Source of the DNA: a virus
Strand: one strand, 5' to 3'
IMG/VR virus record: IMGVR_UViG_3300023179_008905
Location: 12,131 to 76,130 of that record
Length of the DNA stretch: 64,000 nucleotides
The notes under the pieces were generated by a model. That model was not told the DNA's origin. It did no database searches and saw only the letters and a program-made list of their open reading frames with translations. The translations under genes were made by a program, and so were the position numbers. Of this stretch, positions 56,847 through 63,969 are shown one piece after another (position 1 is the stretch's first letter; each line of letters starts with the position of its first letter).

Positions 56847-57498
56847 CAACACTTCTAGCCCGTTTACCAACCTGTGTAGCCCATTTACTATTTTGTAATT
56901 CTTGTGCTGCTTTTTTAAAATCGTTATTTAAAATATATTCCTTAGTCTTTACAAATTTACTAAGCCTGCTTAACCCCATATTAAAAGACAAGTCTAAAAT
57001 ACCTAATTTAATATTTTTAGGTAAGCTGTCAAATTTTGGAATCCACGTTTTAGCATCTTTATATGCAATAGAGAGTGTTATTTTAAATATTTCCTTTATT
57101 TGCTCATCTGTTAGTTTTTCTTTACCATTAAAAATATTATCATAATCTACCCCTGCTTGCTGAGCAATTTTTTTTGCATCTGGTCTCATTAGATTAAACC
57201 CAATGCCAACTGTTGGTACACCTAGTGAATCCTTATAAACGCCGGGCCTATATCCTTCATGCTCCCTTATGAAAGAGAGTATCTCATCGAATGTTAACTT
57301 AGAATCAACAGCCTGCTGTATGATAGCAGGAGGCTGAGGGGGTAGATCTATCTCTTCTTTAAGAAGTCTTTTTCTACTTATACTAGCATATATATCAGCT
57401 AATTCTTCATTTTCTTGCTTTATATCCTTAGGTTCTATTTTTTTATAGTAGTCAGATATATCGCCACCATACAGCTGATGCCTTAATTCAGGATGCAT
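56824..57498 (-). CDS. T4-type lysozyme (GH24) with N-terminal extension
   Basis: HEGYRPGVYKDSLGVPTVGIG (E-x8-D-x5-T triad), DLSFNMG, SKWATQVGKRA. Confidence 0.9.
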   Translation of the reverse strand: MHPELRHQLYGGDISDYYKKIEPKDIKQENEELADIYASISRKRLLKEEIDLPPQPPAIIQQAVDSKLTFDEILSFIREHEGYRPGVYKDSLGVPTVGIGFNLMRPDAKKIAQQAGVDYDNIFNGKEKLTDEQIKEIFKITLSIAYKDAKTWIPKFDSLPKNIKLGILDLSFNMGLSRLSKFVKTKEYILNNDFKKAAQELQNSKWATQVGKRARSVVNLFLAS

Positions 57499-57506
57499 TA
57501 AATTAT

Positions 57507-58073
57507 TTAATTTAATACAGCAACTTTAACTATCTTTGGATATCTATTTGCAAACAGAATTGCATCTTTTTTGTTTTCAAAAAATACATCAATTACCGGC
57601 AGCTTACCTGCTGATGCACGCTTTTCCTTTACTGCAGTACCTGTATCAACAGCTTTTACGAGACCAACATTAGGTATAATAACTTCTTTAGTATACGGTA
57701 TAATGCGCGGATCTACAGCTATAGATTCACCCTGCTTTAATGTATACCCAGTAGAGCTTTTCTTACGCGCACTATCACCGTCTGTTTCACCACCTCTAGC
57801 CCAATAAACAGTGAGCCGAACTGTTAAAATTTTAAATTCCTTACTATCAGTTTTAGGAATAAAATTATCCTTGTAAACAATTCCATTTGTATTTACTTGA
57901 ATTTTTTTAGCTAATTCTTTTTCTTTTAAGGCCGTTGCAGATTTTAATTCTGCCTTTACATCTTTAATATCTAATCTCTTTTCTACATATGAAGTAATGC
58001 TGACTGATGTAGCAGTCAGCAAAAACATGGGTAACAGTAATCCTAGCTTTTGTATTTTTTTGTGTGGTTTCAT
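57507..58073 (-). CDS. 3D-domain (MltA-like) cell-wall protein with N-terminal signal/anchor
   Basis: IAVDPRIIPY, AVDTG, VIDVFF (three Asp); hydrophobic N-terminus. Confidence 0.85.
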   Translation of the reverse strand: MKPHKKIQKLGLLLPMFLLTATSVSITSYVEKRLDIKDVKAELKSATALKEKELAKKIQVNTNGIVYKDNFIPKTDSKEFKILTVRLTVYWARGGETDGDSARKKSSTGYTLKQGESIAVDPRIIPYTKEVIIPNVGLVKAVDTGTAVKEKRASAGKLPVIDVFFENKKDAILFANRYPKIVKVAVLN

Positions 58074-58126
58074 AAGATTTAAAAGAGTAGAATCTCTTTA
58101 ATTAAAAAATAAAGTATGTTTAATAT

Positions 58127-58585
58127 TTATTCTATGTTACTGGCTTCCCAAGGAAAGTCAAGCCAAATATTGTCGTCAAAATTTTTAACATAAAAATTTG
58201 GAATAAATTTAGTAGAAGTTTTTATATACAAAGTAGCAAATTTATAATTTATAAATTCATTTAAATCAAAATATTCTTTTACAAAAGTTAATGTACTACC
58301 TTTGTCAGACAAATCGTCAAAAATTATTACTCTTTTATTTCTAAAATCAGAATTAAATTTTAATCCAGGTATTTGTGATACTTTCGGTTCTTCTGATTTT
58401 TTCTCCCTATAGCTAGTTATACCAAAATTAAAGAGGGGTGTCTTTAGTATATGTGATAATATTACCCCGGGAGCTAATCCACCTCGACCTAACGCTACAA
58501 TTACATCGCAAGGTCCTATTTTTAAAGCCAAAAGCTGACAGTCTTTTTCTATAATATCCCAAGATAGCTTTAAATTTTCTGCCAT
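58127..58585 (-). CDS. type I phosphoribosyltransferase (xanthine-guanine PRT-like)
   Basis: LSWDII, VALGRGG, VIIFDDLSDKGSTL PRPP loop, WLDFPWE. Confidence 0.85.
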   Translation of the reverse strand: MAENLKLSWDIIEKDCQLLALKIGPCDVIVALGRGGLAPGVILSHILKTPLFNFGITSYREKKSEEPKVSQIPGLKFNSDFRNKRVIIFDDLSDKGSTLTFVKEYFDLNEFINYKFATLYIKTSTKFIPNFYVKNFDDNIWLDFPWEASNIE

Positions 58586-58591
58586 CTATAA

Positions 58592-58619
58592 ATTATAAAG
58601 ATAAAATTTAAAAAATCAA
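58592..58619 (-). promoter_or_regulatory. sigma70-like promoter TTGATT-N16-TATAAT
   Basis: -10 ends 6 nt before ATG 58585. Confidence 0.65.
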
Positions 58620-58891
58620 AGCTGATTTAAAAGCTTCGAAACTTTTTCCATTACACTTTTTAAATTAATTGCAATATAAGCGTAATCTTCCTTTAACCCG
58701 CGAGAAGATCTTTTAGCTAAATCATTCAATTCGCGTGCAACATGTCGTTGTAAGACAACAGCTTCTTCGTTTTCTGTTCTAACTGTTGCATAATCCTTGG
58801 GAGCATAAAGATAAGAATCCTCATTGCGTTCGGTATTATTAATACCTAGGCTTGTATATGCTTCATTTATAGATTTTATATCCTTAGTCAC
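58616..58891 (-). CDS. small late protein, possible internal head protein
   Basis: Leader MTKDIKSINEAY; GTG start 5 nt after TAAATA. Confidence 0.65.
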   Translation of the reverse strand: MTKDIKSINEAYTSLGINNTERNEDSYLYAPKDYATVRTENEEAVVLQRHVARELNDLAKRSSRGLKEDYAYIAINLKSVMEKVSKLLNQL

Positions 58892-58892
58892 C

Positions 58893-58902
58893 TAAATATT
58901 TA
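58893..58902. promoter_or_regulatory. palindromic bidirectional late promoter TAAATATTTA
   Basis: Gives TAAATA-N5-GTG on both strands within a 12-nt divergent spacer. Confidence 0.6.
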
Positions 58903-58903
58903 T

Positions 58904-59128
58904 GTGAGCAGCAGGGAAAAAAAACTTAAAGCTGCTAAAAGAATAATAGAGAATGCCGATTTATATAAAATATGCGAATGCTGTGAATCAATAGTTTTAT
59001 ATATTAGTATTTTTTGTCCTTTATGTGAAGGCTATAGATTTAACGACAATATACCTGATATACAAAAACTAGCATTAAAATTAGTAGAAAAAGAAAAAAC
59101 CGATATATTACCGGGGGATTTTATCTAG
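58904..59128 (+). CDS. small zinc-ribbon protein
   Basis: YKICECCES...FCPLCEGYRF. Confidence 0.6.
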   Translation: MSSREKKLKAAKRIIENADLYKICECCESIVLYISIFCPLCEGYRFNDNIPDIQKLALKLVEKEKTDILPGDFI

Positions 59129-59269
59129 AGGAACAAAATCATTCAAATATCTAGAAAGAAATATTACCTTTCTCATTATCTCTTCTTTTTTAGATAATTT
59201 TTTCTCTTTCTTGGCCTGATCATATAGGTCAAGAATTTGGTCGGCAGTAATTTTTTTTCTGCCCGTCAT
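59108..59269 (-). CDS. 53-aa basic protein (not in ORF track)
   Basis: MTGRKKITADQILDLYDQAKKEKKLSKKEEIMRKVIFLSRYLNDFVPLDKIPR; TAAATA box upstream. Confidence 0.55.
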   Translation of the reverse strand: MTGRKKITADQILDLYDQAKKEKKLSKKEEIMRKVIFLSRYLNDFVPLDKIPR

Positions 59270-59326
59270 AATAATATTTATTTTACTCCCAGTTGCTTTT
59301 TGTTCAAGTTATAATAATTTTAACAT

Positions 59327-59521
59327 ATGTCAAACATTAATCCTCTAACACTTCAAGAACACGTTGCAACCTTTACTGCCGAATACGAAAAGTTTTCTGG
59401 TGGTAATAATGCCGCAGGCACTCGTGCCCGTAAGGCTCTTCAGGAGGTAATTAAGTTTGCCCGTGAAGCTCGCAAGGGTGTTCAAGAAGAAAAGAATGCC
59501 CGCAAGGCTGCAAAGAAGTAA
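59327..59521 (+). CDS. histone H1-like Hc1-family nucleoid protein
   Basis: EYEKFSGGNNAAGTRARKALQEV.K.AREARKGVQEEKN; TTGCTT-N16-TAATTT-N6-ATG. Confidence 0.85.
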   Translation: MSNINPLTLQEHVATFTAEYEKFSGGNNAAGTRARKALQEVIKFAREARKGVQEEKNARKAAKK

Positions 59522-59529
59522 TTTTTTAT

Positions 59530-59859
59530 TTATTTCTTTAATCCAAGCTGTCGCTTTCGCTCATTACGGTGGACGGAAGCGATAGTTTGGATTATATCTG
59601 TTGCTCTCTGAAAGGTATCTACTGTTTTATAAATTGCGTCTACTATTTCGTAAGCTGCGTGAATAGCTTTTCTTTCTGTATTAATATCCTCTAGCGATAC
59701 TTTTTGTTCTTTTTTTTCTTCTTTCTTTTCTTGATTTTCTGCAGGAGCAGGAGGTCTTACTGGAGCTGTGCTTATTTGCTTAGCTTGAGTATTAACAGAT
59801 ACCGCAGGTACTCCCGGGCTTGTATATGCTTCATAGATAAGATGGCTATCTTTATTCAC
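59530..59859 (-). CDS. small late protein, possible internal head protein
   Basis: Leader MNKDSHLIYEAY, Pro-rich linker; TAAATA box upstream. Confidence 0.65.
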   Translation of the reverse strand: MNKDSHLIYEAYTSPGVPAVSVNTQAKQISTAPVRPPAPAENQEKKEEKKEQKVSLEDINTERKAIHAAYEIVDAIYKTVDTFQRATDIIQTIASVHRNERKRQLGLKK

Positions 59860-59896
59860 TACTAATATTTATGCTTTTATAGATTAAATAATTAGT

Positions 59897-60862
59897 ATGG
59901 CAGACGTAACAATATCTGGATTACAAAAACAAAATACACAGCCCACAGATGTACTACCCTTTAGTACCGGAGCCAATACTTATGCATGTGCCGTAACTTC
60001 TCTATTTGCAAATACTGACAAAATAGGAATAGGGCATAATAATCCTGCAGCATACAATAATACGCTTTCAATTAAAGGTAAGGATTCCACTACTTTTACA
60101 GGGACCCAACCTTTGGGATTAGGCGTACTAAACGGAGGAAATTATGATTTGGCAGGAATCGATTTTAAGAATTTAGCCGGTAATTCGCTTGCAGGTAGAA
60201 TCGGTGTAAGTGTTACTGGAGGCGGTGGTTATCTGTTATTTGGCACTTCCAATAATTATGCCACCGGAATAACAAATACTGCTCTAACTATTGACCCAAA
60301 TGGTAATGTTGGTGTGGGTATTGGAGTAGCTAATGCTGCAGCAAAGCTAGATGTTAATGGCTCAATCTTTACTAAGGGTTATAATCATATTGAATGTGCA
60401 CAGTTTGGACCTACCCAAGCATCAATTAATAATATATTAGCTAATGAAGCGGGATATTTTAATTTTGATACGACAACAAATACAGATAATGCAATGTTTA
60501 ATTCTAATACCAGCGTATTTGAGTTGGCAGGTACCGGTAACTACGGTATAAAAATACTTAAAACTGGCTATTTAAATATAAACTATTTTCAAGATGTAAT
60601 TACAGCTGCAAAAGCAGGGTTTTTTACAACAACACAAAATTACGTAGCTATGCTTGTGGGTGTTAATGGTATTACTAAAGCAAGACATTTAATTTCACAT
60701 ACAAATGGTATATGGGATGGCTTAATGGGTACATGTACCCTAAAAGTTAACGCTAACGATATCGTAACGTTCTATATTTATTGTGCAACACCGGCTAGTA
60801 TAAAAATTTCACAGTTAGACGCAGTTTTATGGTCTAATTATAATTTCATGTTCTGGAGCTAA
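59897..60862 (+). CDS. MADVTIS-family fibre protein with C1q/TNF-like head
   Basis: MADVTISGLQ...VLPFSTG anchor; GNVGVGIG...KLDVNG repeat; IKILKTGYLNI...LKVNANDIV. Confidence 0.75.
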   Translation: MADVTISGLQKQNTQPTDVLPFSTGANTYACAVTSLFANTDKIGIGHNNPAAYNNTLSIKGKDSTTFTGTQPLGLGVLNGGNYDLAGIDFKNLAGNSLAGRIGVSVTGGGGYLLFGTSNNYATGITNTALTIDPNGNVGVGIGVANAAAKLDVNGSIFTKGYNHIECAQFGPTQASINNILANEAGYFNFDTTTNTDNAMFNSNTSVFELAGTGNYGIKILKTGYLNINYFQDVITAAKAGFFTTTQNYVAMLVGVNGITKARHLISHTNGIWDGLMGTCTLKVNANDIVTFYIYCATPASIKISQLDAVLWSNYNFMFWS

Positions 60863-61017
60863 AAAAACTTCTTACGACGCTTTGTATTTTTATCTGACCG
60901 AGTTGCCCTAAAACTTTTATAACCGTGATCCTCTCTCATCTGCCGGGCGTGCTCTTTCGAATAACTAACCCAGGGATTACGACGATCAAAAGTTTGACGT
61001 GGTTTGCTTGTTCTCAA
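60859..61017 (-). CDS. 52-aa Arg/Lys-rich peptide (not in ORF track)
   Basis: TTG start overlapping the upstream TGA; MRTSKPRQTFDRRNPWVSYSKEHARQMREDHGYKSFRATRSDKNTKRRKKFF. Confidence 0.55.
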   Translation of the reverse strand: MRTSKPRQTFDRRNPWVSYSKEHARQMREDHGYKSFRATRSDKNTKRRKKFF

Positions 61018-61148
61018 GAACGCTTCTTACCCTTATCTGAACGCTGCTTACGGGCGTTAATACCATGATATTTGCGCAAAAATGCGGCGTGCGTCTTTTG
61101 TGTATACGCTCCACCCATTCTTATTACTCTGCTTTTTGTTTTGTACAT
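61014..61148 (-). CDS. 44-aa Arg/Lys-rich peptide (not in ORF track)
   Basis: MYKTKSRVIRMGGAYTQKTHAAFLRKYHGINARKQRSDKGKKRS; shares a motif with its neighbour. Confidence 0.6.
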   Translation of the reverse strand: MYKTKSRVIRMGGAYTQKTHAAFLRKYHGINARKQRSDKGKKRS

Positions 61149-61167
61149 TCCTATATAGTATAGGAAG

Positions 61168-61329
61168 CTAGTCCTTTTTAAACTGTTTTCTTACGAGTAA
61201 CTGCTTTTGCTGCTCTAAAACTTGCTGAACATATTGACACTGAGCCTGTCCGCCAAGCTTGGCAATAATATCCTCGCATTCTTTAAGAGTTAAGTGATTG
61301 ACCTTTTTCTTCTTCTTCTTTTCGGCCAT
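61168..61329 (-). CDS. 53-aa basic protein (not in ORF track)
   Basis: MAEKKKKKKVNHLTLKECEDIIAKLGGQAQCQYVQQVLEQQKQLLVRKQFKKD; ATG 5 nt after TAAATA. Confidence 0.6.
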   Translation of the reverse strand: MAEKKKKKKVNHLTLKECEDIIAKLGGQAQCQYVQQVLEQQKQLLVRKQFKKD

Positions 61330-61351
61330 ATAAGTATTTAGTCTCGTTTTT

Positions 61352-61359
61352 TATAAATA
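61352..61359 (+). promoter_or_regulatory. T4-type late promoter TATAAATA
   Basis: Exact consensus, 5 nt before ATG 61365. Confidence 0.7.
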
Positions 61360-61364
61360 TTTAA

Positions 61365-62243
61365 ATGGCCGACGTAACTATATCTAATCTAACAAAAGCT
61401 ACACCTGCAGGTAATAATATAATACCCTACACAACCGGTAGCAGCACACAAGGGACTCCTGTTTCGGCTTTATTTCAAAACACAAGGTTTGTTGGTATTA
61501 ACAATACTAATCCTACCTATAAGCTTCAAGTTACAACTAATAGTCAGGGAACTGATGGTATAGCTCTAAATTCTGTTATTAATAATATTGGTGTAGGGGC
61601 ATTGGAGATTAGAGCAAATAACTCACAGGGTGCAAATAACGGTATTACACAAGCAGGCGATCAGGGTATTATATTTAGTGCGGGAAATGTTAATACAGGA
61701 AGCTTTGTACTAGCACCTTGGAATAATCAAGCTGCGAGTGGTATGAGGATGGATTCTAACGGAAGAGTAGCAATTGGTAAGGTTACACCCTCAACTACCC
61801 TGGATGTTGAAGGCACTATAACTTGTACAAGCACAGTTACAAATGGAGTACGTACATTATTTTTTAGCGGTAATACTACCGGTAATAGTGAAATTGTTTT
61901 GCCCGATATATACCAATTTGGTAGTGCTCCGCTAAAAGCTACTATGGTGTTTGATCATTGGTATGCAAACGGCTATACAGCGATACGAGAGTGTTATATC
62001 AGTGTATCTGTATACCCTGACAAATACACGTTAAACGATTTAATAAACATAAACACAACTACCGTGGGAGCTTGGACTGTTACAAGAGTTGCAACGTACA
62101 CTGAGTCAGGGGTACCGGCCAGCGATAAAACTGTTATAAAGAAAACTGCTGGTAGCTACGGGGGGACCAGTACTTGGTGGGTAAAGCTTGAGGGTAACGC
62201 TACAAATTTTAATTTATATTCTTTAAAACCTAATCCTTTATAA
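61365..62243 (+). CDS. MADVTIS-family fibre protein
   Basis: MADVTISNLTKATP...IIPYTTG anchor; VGINNTNP.YKLQV and VAIGKVTPSTTLDVEG repeats. Confidence 0.75.
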   Translation: MADVTISNLTKATPAGNNIIPYTTGSSTQGTPVSALFQNTRFVGINNTNPTYKLQVTTNSQGTDGIALNSVINNIGVGALEIRANNSQGANNGITQAGDQGIIFSAGNVNTGSFVLAPWNNQAASGMRMDSNGRVAIGKVTPSTTLDVEGTITCTSTVTNGVRTLFFSGNTTGNSEIVLPDIYQFGSAPLKATMVFDHWYANGYTAIRECYISVSVYPDKYTLNDLININTTTVGAWTVTRVATYTESGVPASDKTVIKKTAGSYGGTSTWWVKLEGNATNFNLYSLKPNPL

Positions 62244-62247
62244 TACT

Positions 62248-63027
62248 ATGGCAGATGTAACGATATCGCAATTAACTAGAGGTGCACCCCCAGGAAATGC
62301 ATTATTACCATATAGTACGGGCAGCAATACGTTGGGTGTTCCTGTATCTGCTGTATTACAGACCGCCGGTAATATAGGTATAAATGTAGCTAACCCTTCT
62401 AGAAAGCTAGAAGTAGGTGGTGTAATAAAAACAAACGACTGGTTTAACGTAAAATACCCCACATCTATTCACGAATATGCGCTAGGACCATTTTATACAT
62501 TTAATGATTTTCATATTACCCATACAACTGATAGCTTTGTAACTCATTCCTGTAGATTCACCATACTTACCTCTGGTAACGTAGGTGTCGGTACAACAAC
62601 TCCTAGAGCTGGGCTTGAAGTTAATAATGAATCATTCATACAAAATAATGTTTATATAAAAAGAGGAACGTTTTCAATTTTTAATATTAATAGAAGAATA
62701 AAATTAACTTTAAGTAATTATCATTATGTAAAGCTTAAGCTATATGCGATGAGATCTAATTCTGGGGATAGTATGGTGTGGTGGGAGGGTATTCTTAATA
62801 ATAATTTTGGTACAGCGTATACACAACCTATGTCACAGCGTACCGCCAGTGGCACTATAAGCTACACTCTAGCATCTATTAATGGAGGTCCACCTCCCAA
62901 TGAAAATGTAGTACCTTGTGTATGGAATTTTGATTTTAATAATACTCCAAGTAATGCATGGGGTCATTATGAAATAACAGGATCCACTAACTATATTCCG
63001 GCTACTGTTGATGTTACAACTTGGTAG
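62248..63027 (+). CDS. MADVTIS-family fibre protein
   Basis: MADVTISQLTRGAP...LLPYSTG anchor; IGINVANPSRKLEVGG and VGVGTTTPRAGLEV repeats. Confidence 0.75.
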   Translation: MADVTISQLTRGAPPGNALLPYSTGSNTLGVPVSAVLQTAGNIGINVANPSRKLEVGGVIKTNDWFNVKYPTSIHEYALGPFYTFNDFHITHTTDSFVTHSCRFTILTSGNVGVGTTTPRAGLEVNNESFIQNNVYIKRGTFSIFNINRRIKLTLSNYHYVKLKLYAMRSNSGDSMVWWEGILNNNFGTAYTQPMSQRTASGTISYTLASINGGPPPNENVVPCVWNFDFNNTPSNAWGHYEITGSTNYIPATVDVTTW

Positions 63028-63063
63028 AGCAAAATCATCATGGCATAAATTAAATAATATCAT

Positions 63064-63912
63064 ATGGCCGATGTAACGATATCTAATTTAACTAAAGGTA
63101 CGCCGACAGGAAATGCAATATTACCATACAGTGCTGGTTCAAATACACTAGCTGTAGCTACATCTGCTATATTTGAAAACGTATCCACGGGTATAGGTAT
63201 TAATTGTAAACCAGAATCTTCAGAGACAAAATTGTTTATTAGAAGTAGTTATCCAAATTCTTATTTATTTGGTTTATCGGGTAGTGGTAAATCCTCAGCA
63301 ATGTATCTCTTGGTAGATGTTGATAATAAAAGACAGACCTGTTTAACGGATAGTAATGGTGCAAGAACTTTAGTATTTGATAATAGTGTAGTAGGTCAAA
63401 CAAATACACAGTTTTGGAATAATAATACTGAAGCAATAAGAATAAATTCTTTAAATAATGTAGGTATAGGAACATCTACACCTGCAACAAAATTAGATGT
63501 AAACGGTGTAATTAAATCCCAACAAATTGCTTTTTGTGCTACCAATCTAGACGGTCCTTATTTTTATTTTCCAAGTATTATAACCTATAATACCGTAACT
63601 GTAAACCGGGGTAATGGATTAAATGCCTCTACCGGTAAATTTACTGCTCCGGTGGCAGGGTGTTATTATTTTGAGTTTACCGGTATAAAAGCTAGCGGTG
63701 GATACGATCCCACACAAGTTAATTTCTTTTTAAATGATGTTAATACCAGATACAGAAGCTACTCACCAGGTACCGGGCATACACCAATTGCAATGTCTGC
63801 TATATTTAATTTAAATGCAAACGATGTTGTTTATGTAAAGCTACACGATTATAGTACCGGGGCAATTAATTCTAATGAGGCAACCCAGTTTGTTGGTTAT
63901 CTAATAGGATAG
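63064..63912 (+). CDS. MADVTIS-family fibre protein with C1q-like head
   Basis: Anchor; VGIGTSTPATKLDVNG; IAFCA...NASTGKFTAPVAGCYYFEF...LNANDVVYV...FVGYLIG. Confidence 0.8.
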   Translation: MADVTISNLTKGTPTGNAILPYSAGSNTLAVATSAIFENVSTGIGINCKPESSETKLFIRSSYPNSYLFGLSGSGKSSAMYLLVDVDNKRQTCLTDSNGARTLVFDNSVVGQTNTQFWNNNTEAIRINSLNNVGIGTSTPATKLDVNGVIKSQQIAFCATNLDGPYFYFPSIITYNTVTVNRGNGLNASTGKFTAPVAGCYYFEFTGIKASGGYDPTQVNFFLNDVNTRYRSYSPGTGHTPIAMSAIFNLNANDVVYVKLHDYSTGAINSNEATQFVGYLIG

Positions 63913-63969
63913 GGATATCCTTTATTGAGCGTAGCTAAATTAGCACGGTTCAGATATTAAATAATTAAT

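Noticed and set aside
3779-63475. Shadow ORFs in the track (e.g. 3779-3961, 6867-7184, 6922-7137, 9037-9228, 19669-20148, 22617-23084, 36429-36680, 39088-39564, 45016-45213, 48471-48776, 56007-56270, 62238-62462, 63239-63475)
   Set aside because: They overlap well-supported genes antisense or out of frame and have no motifs or promoter boxes
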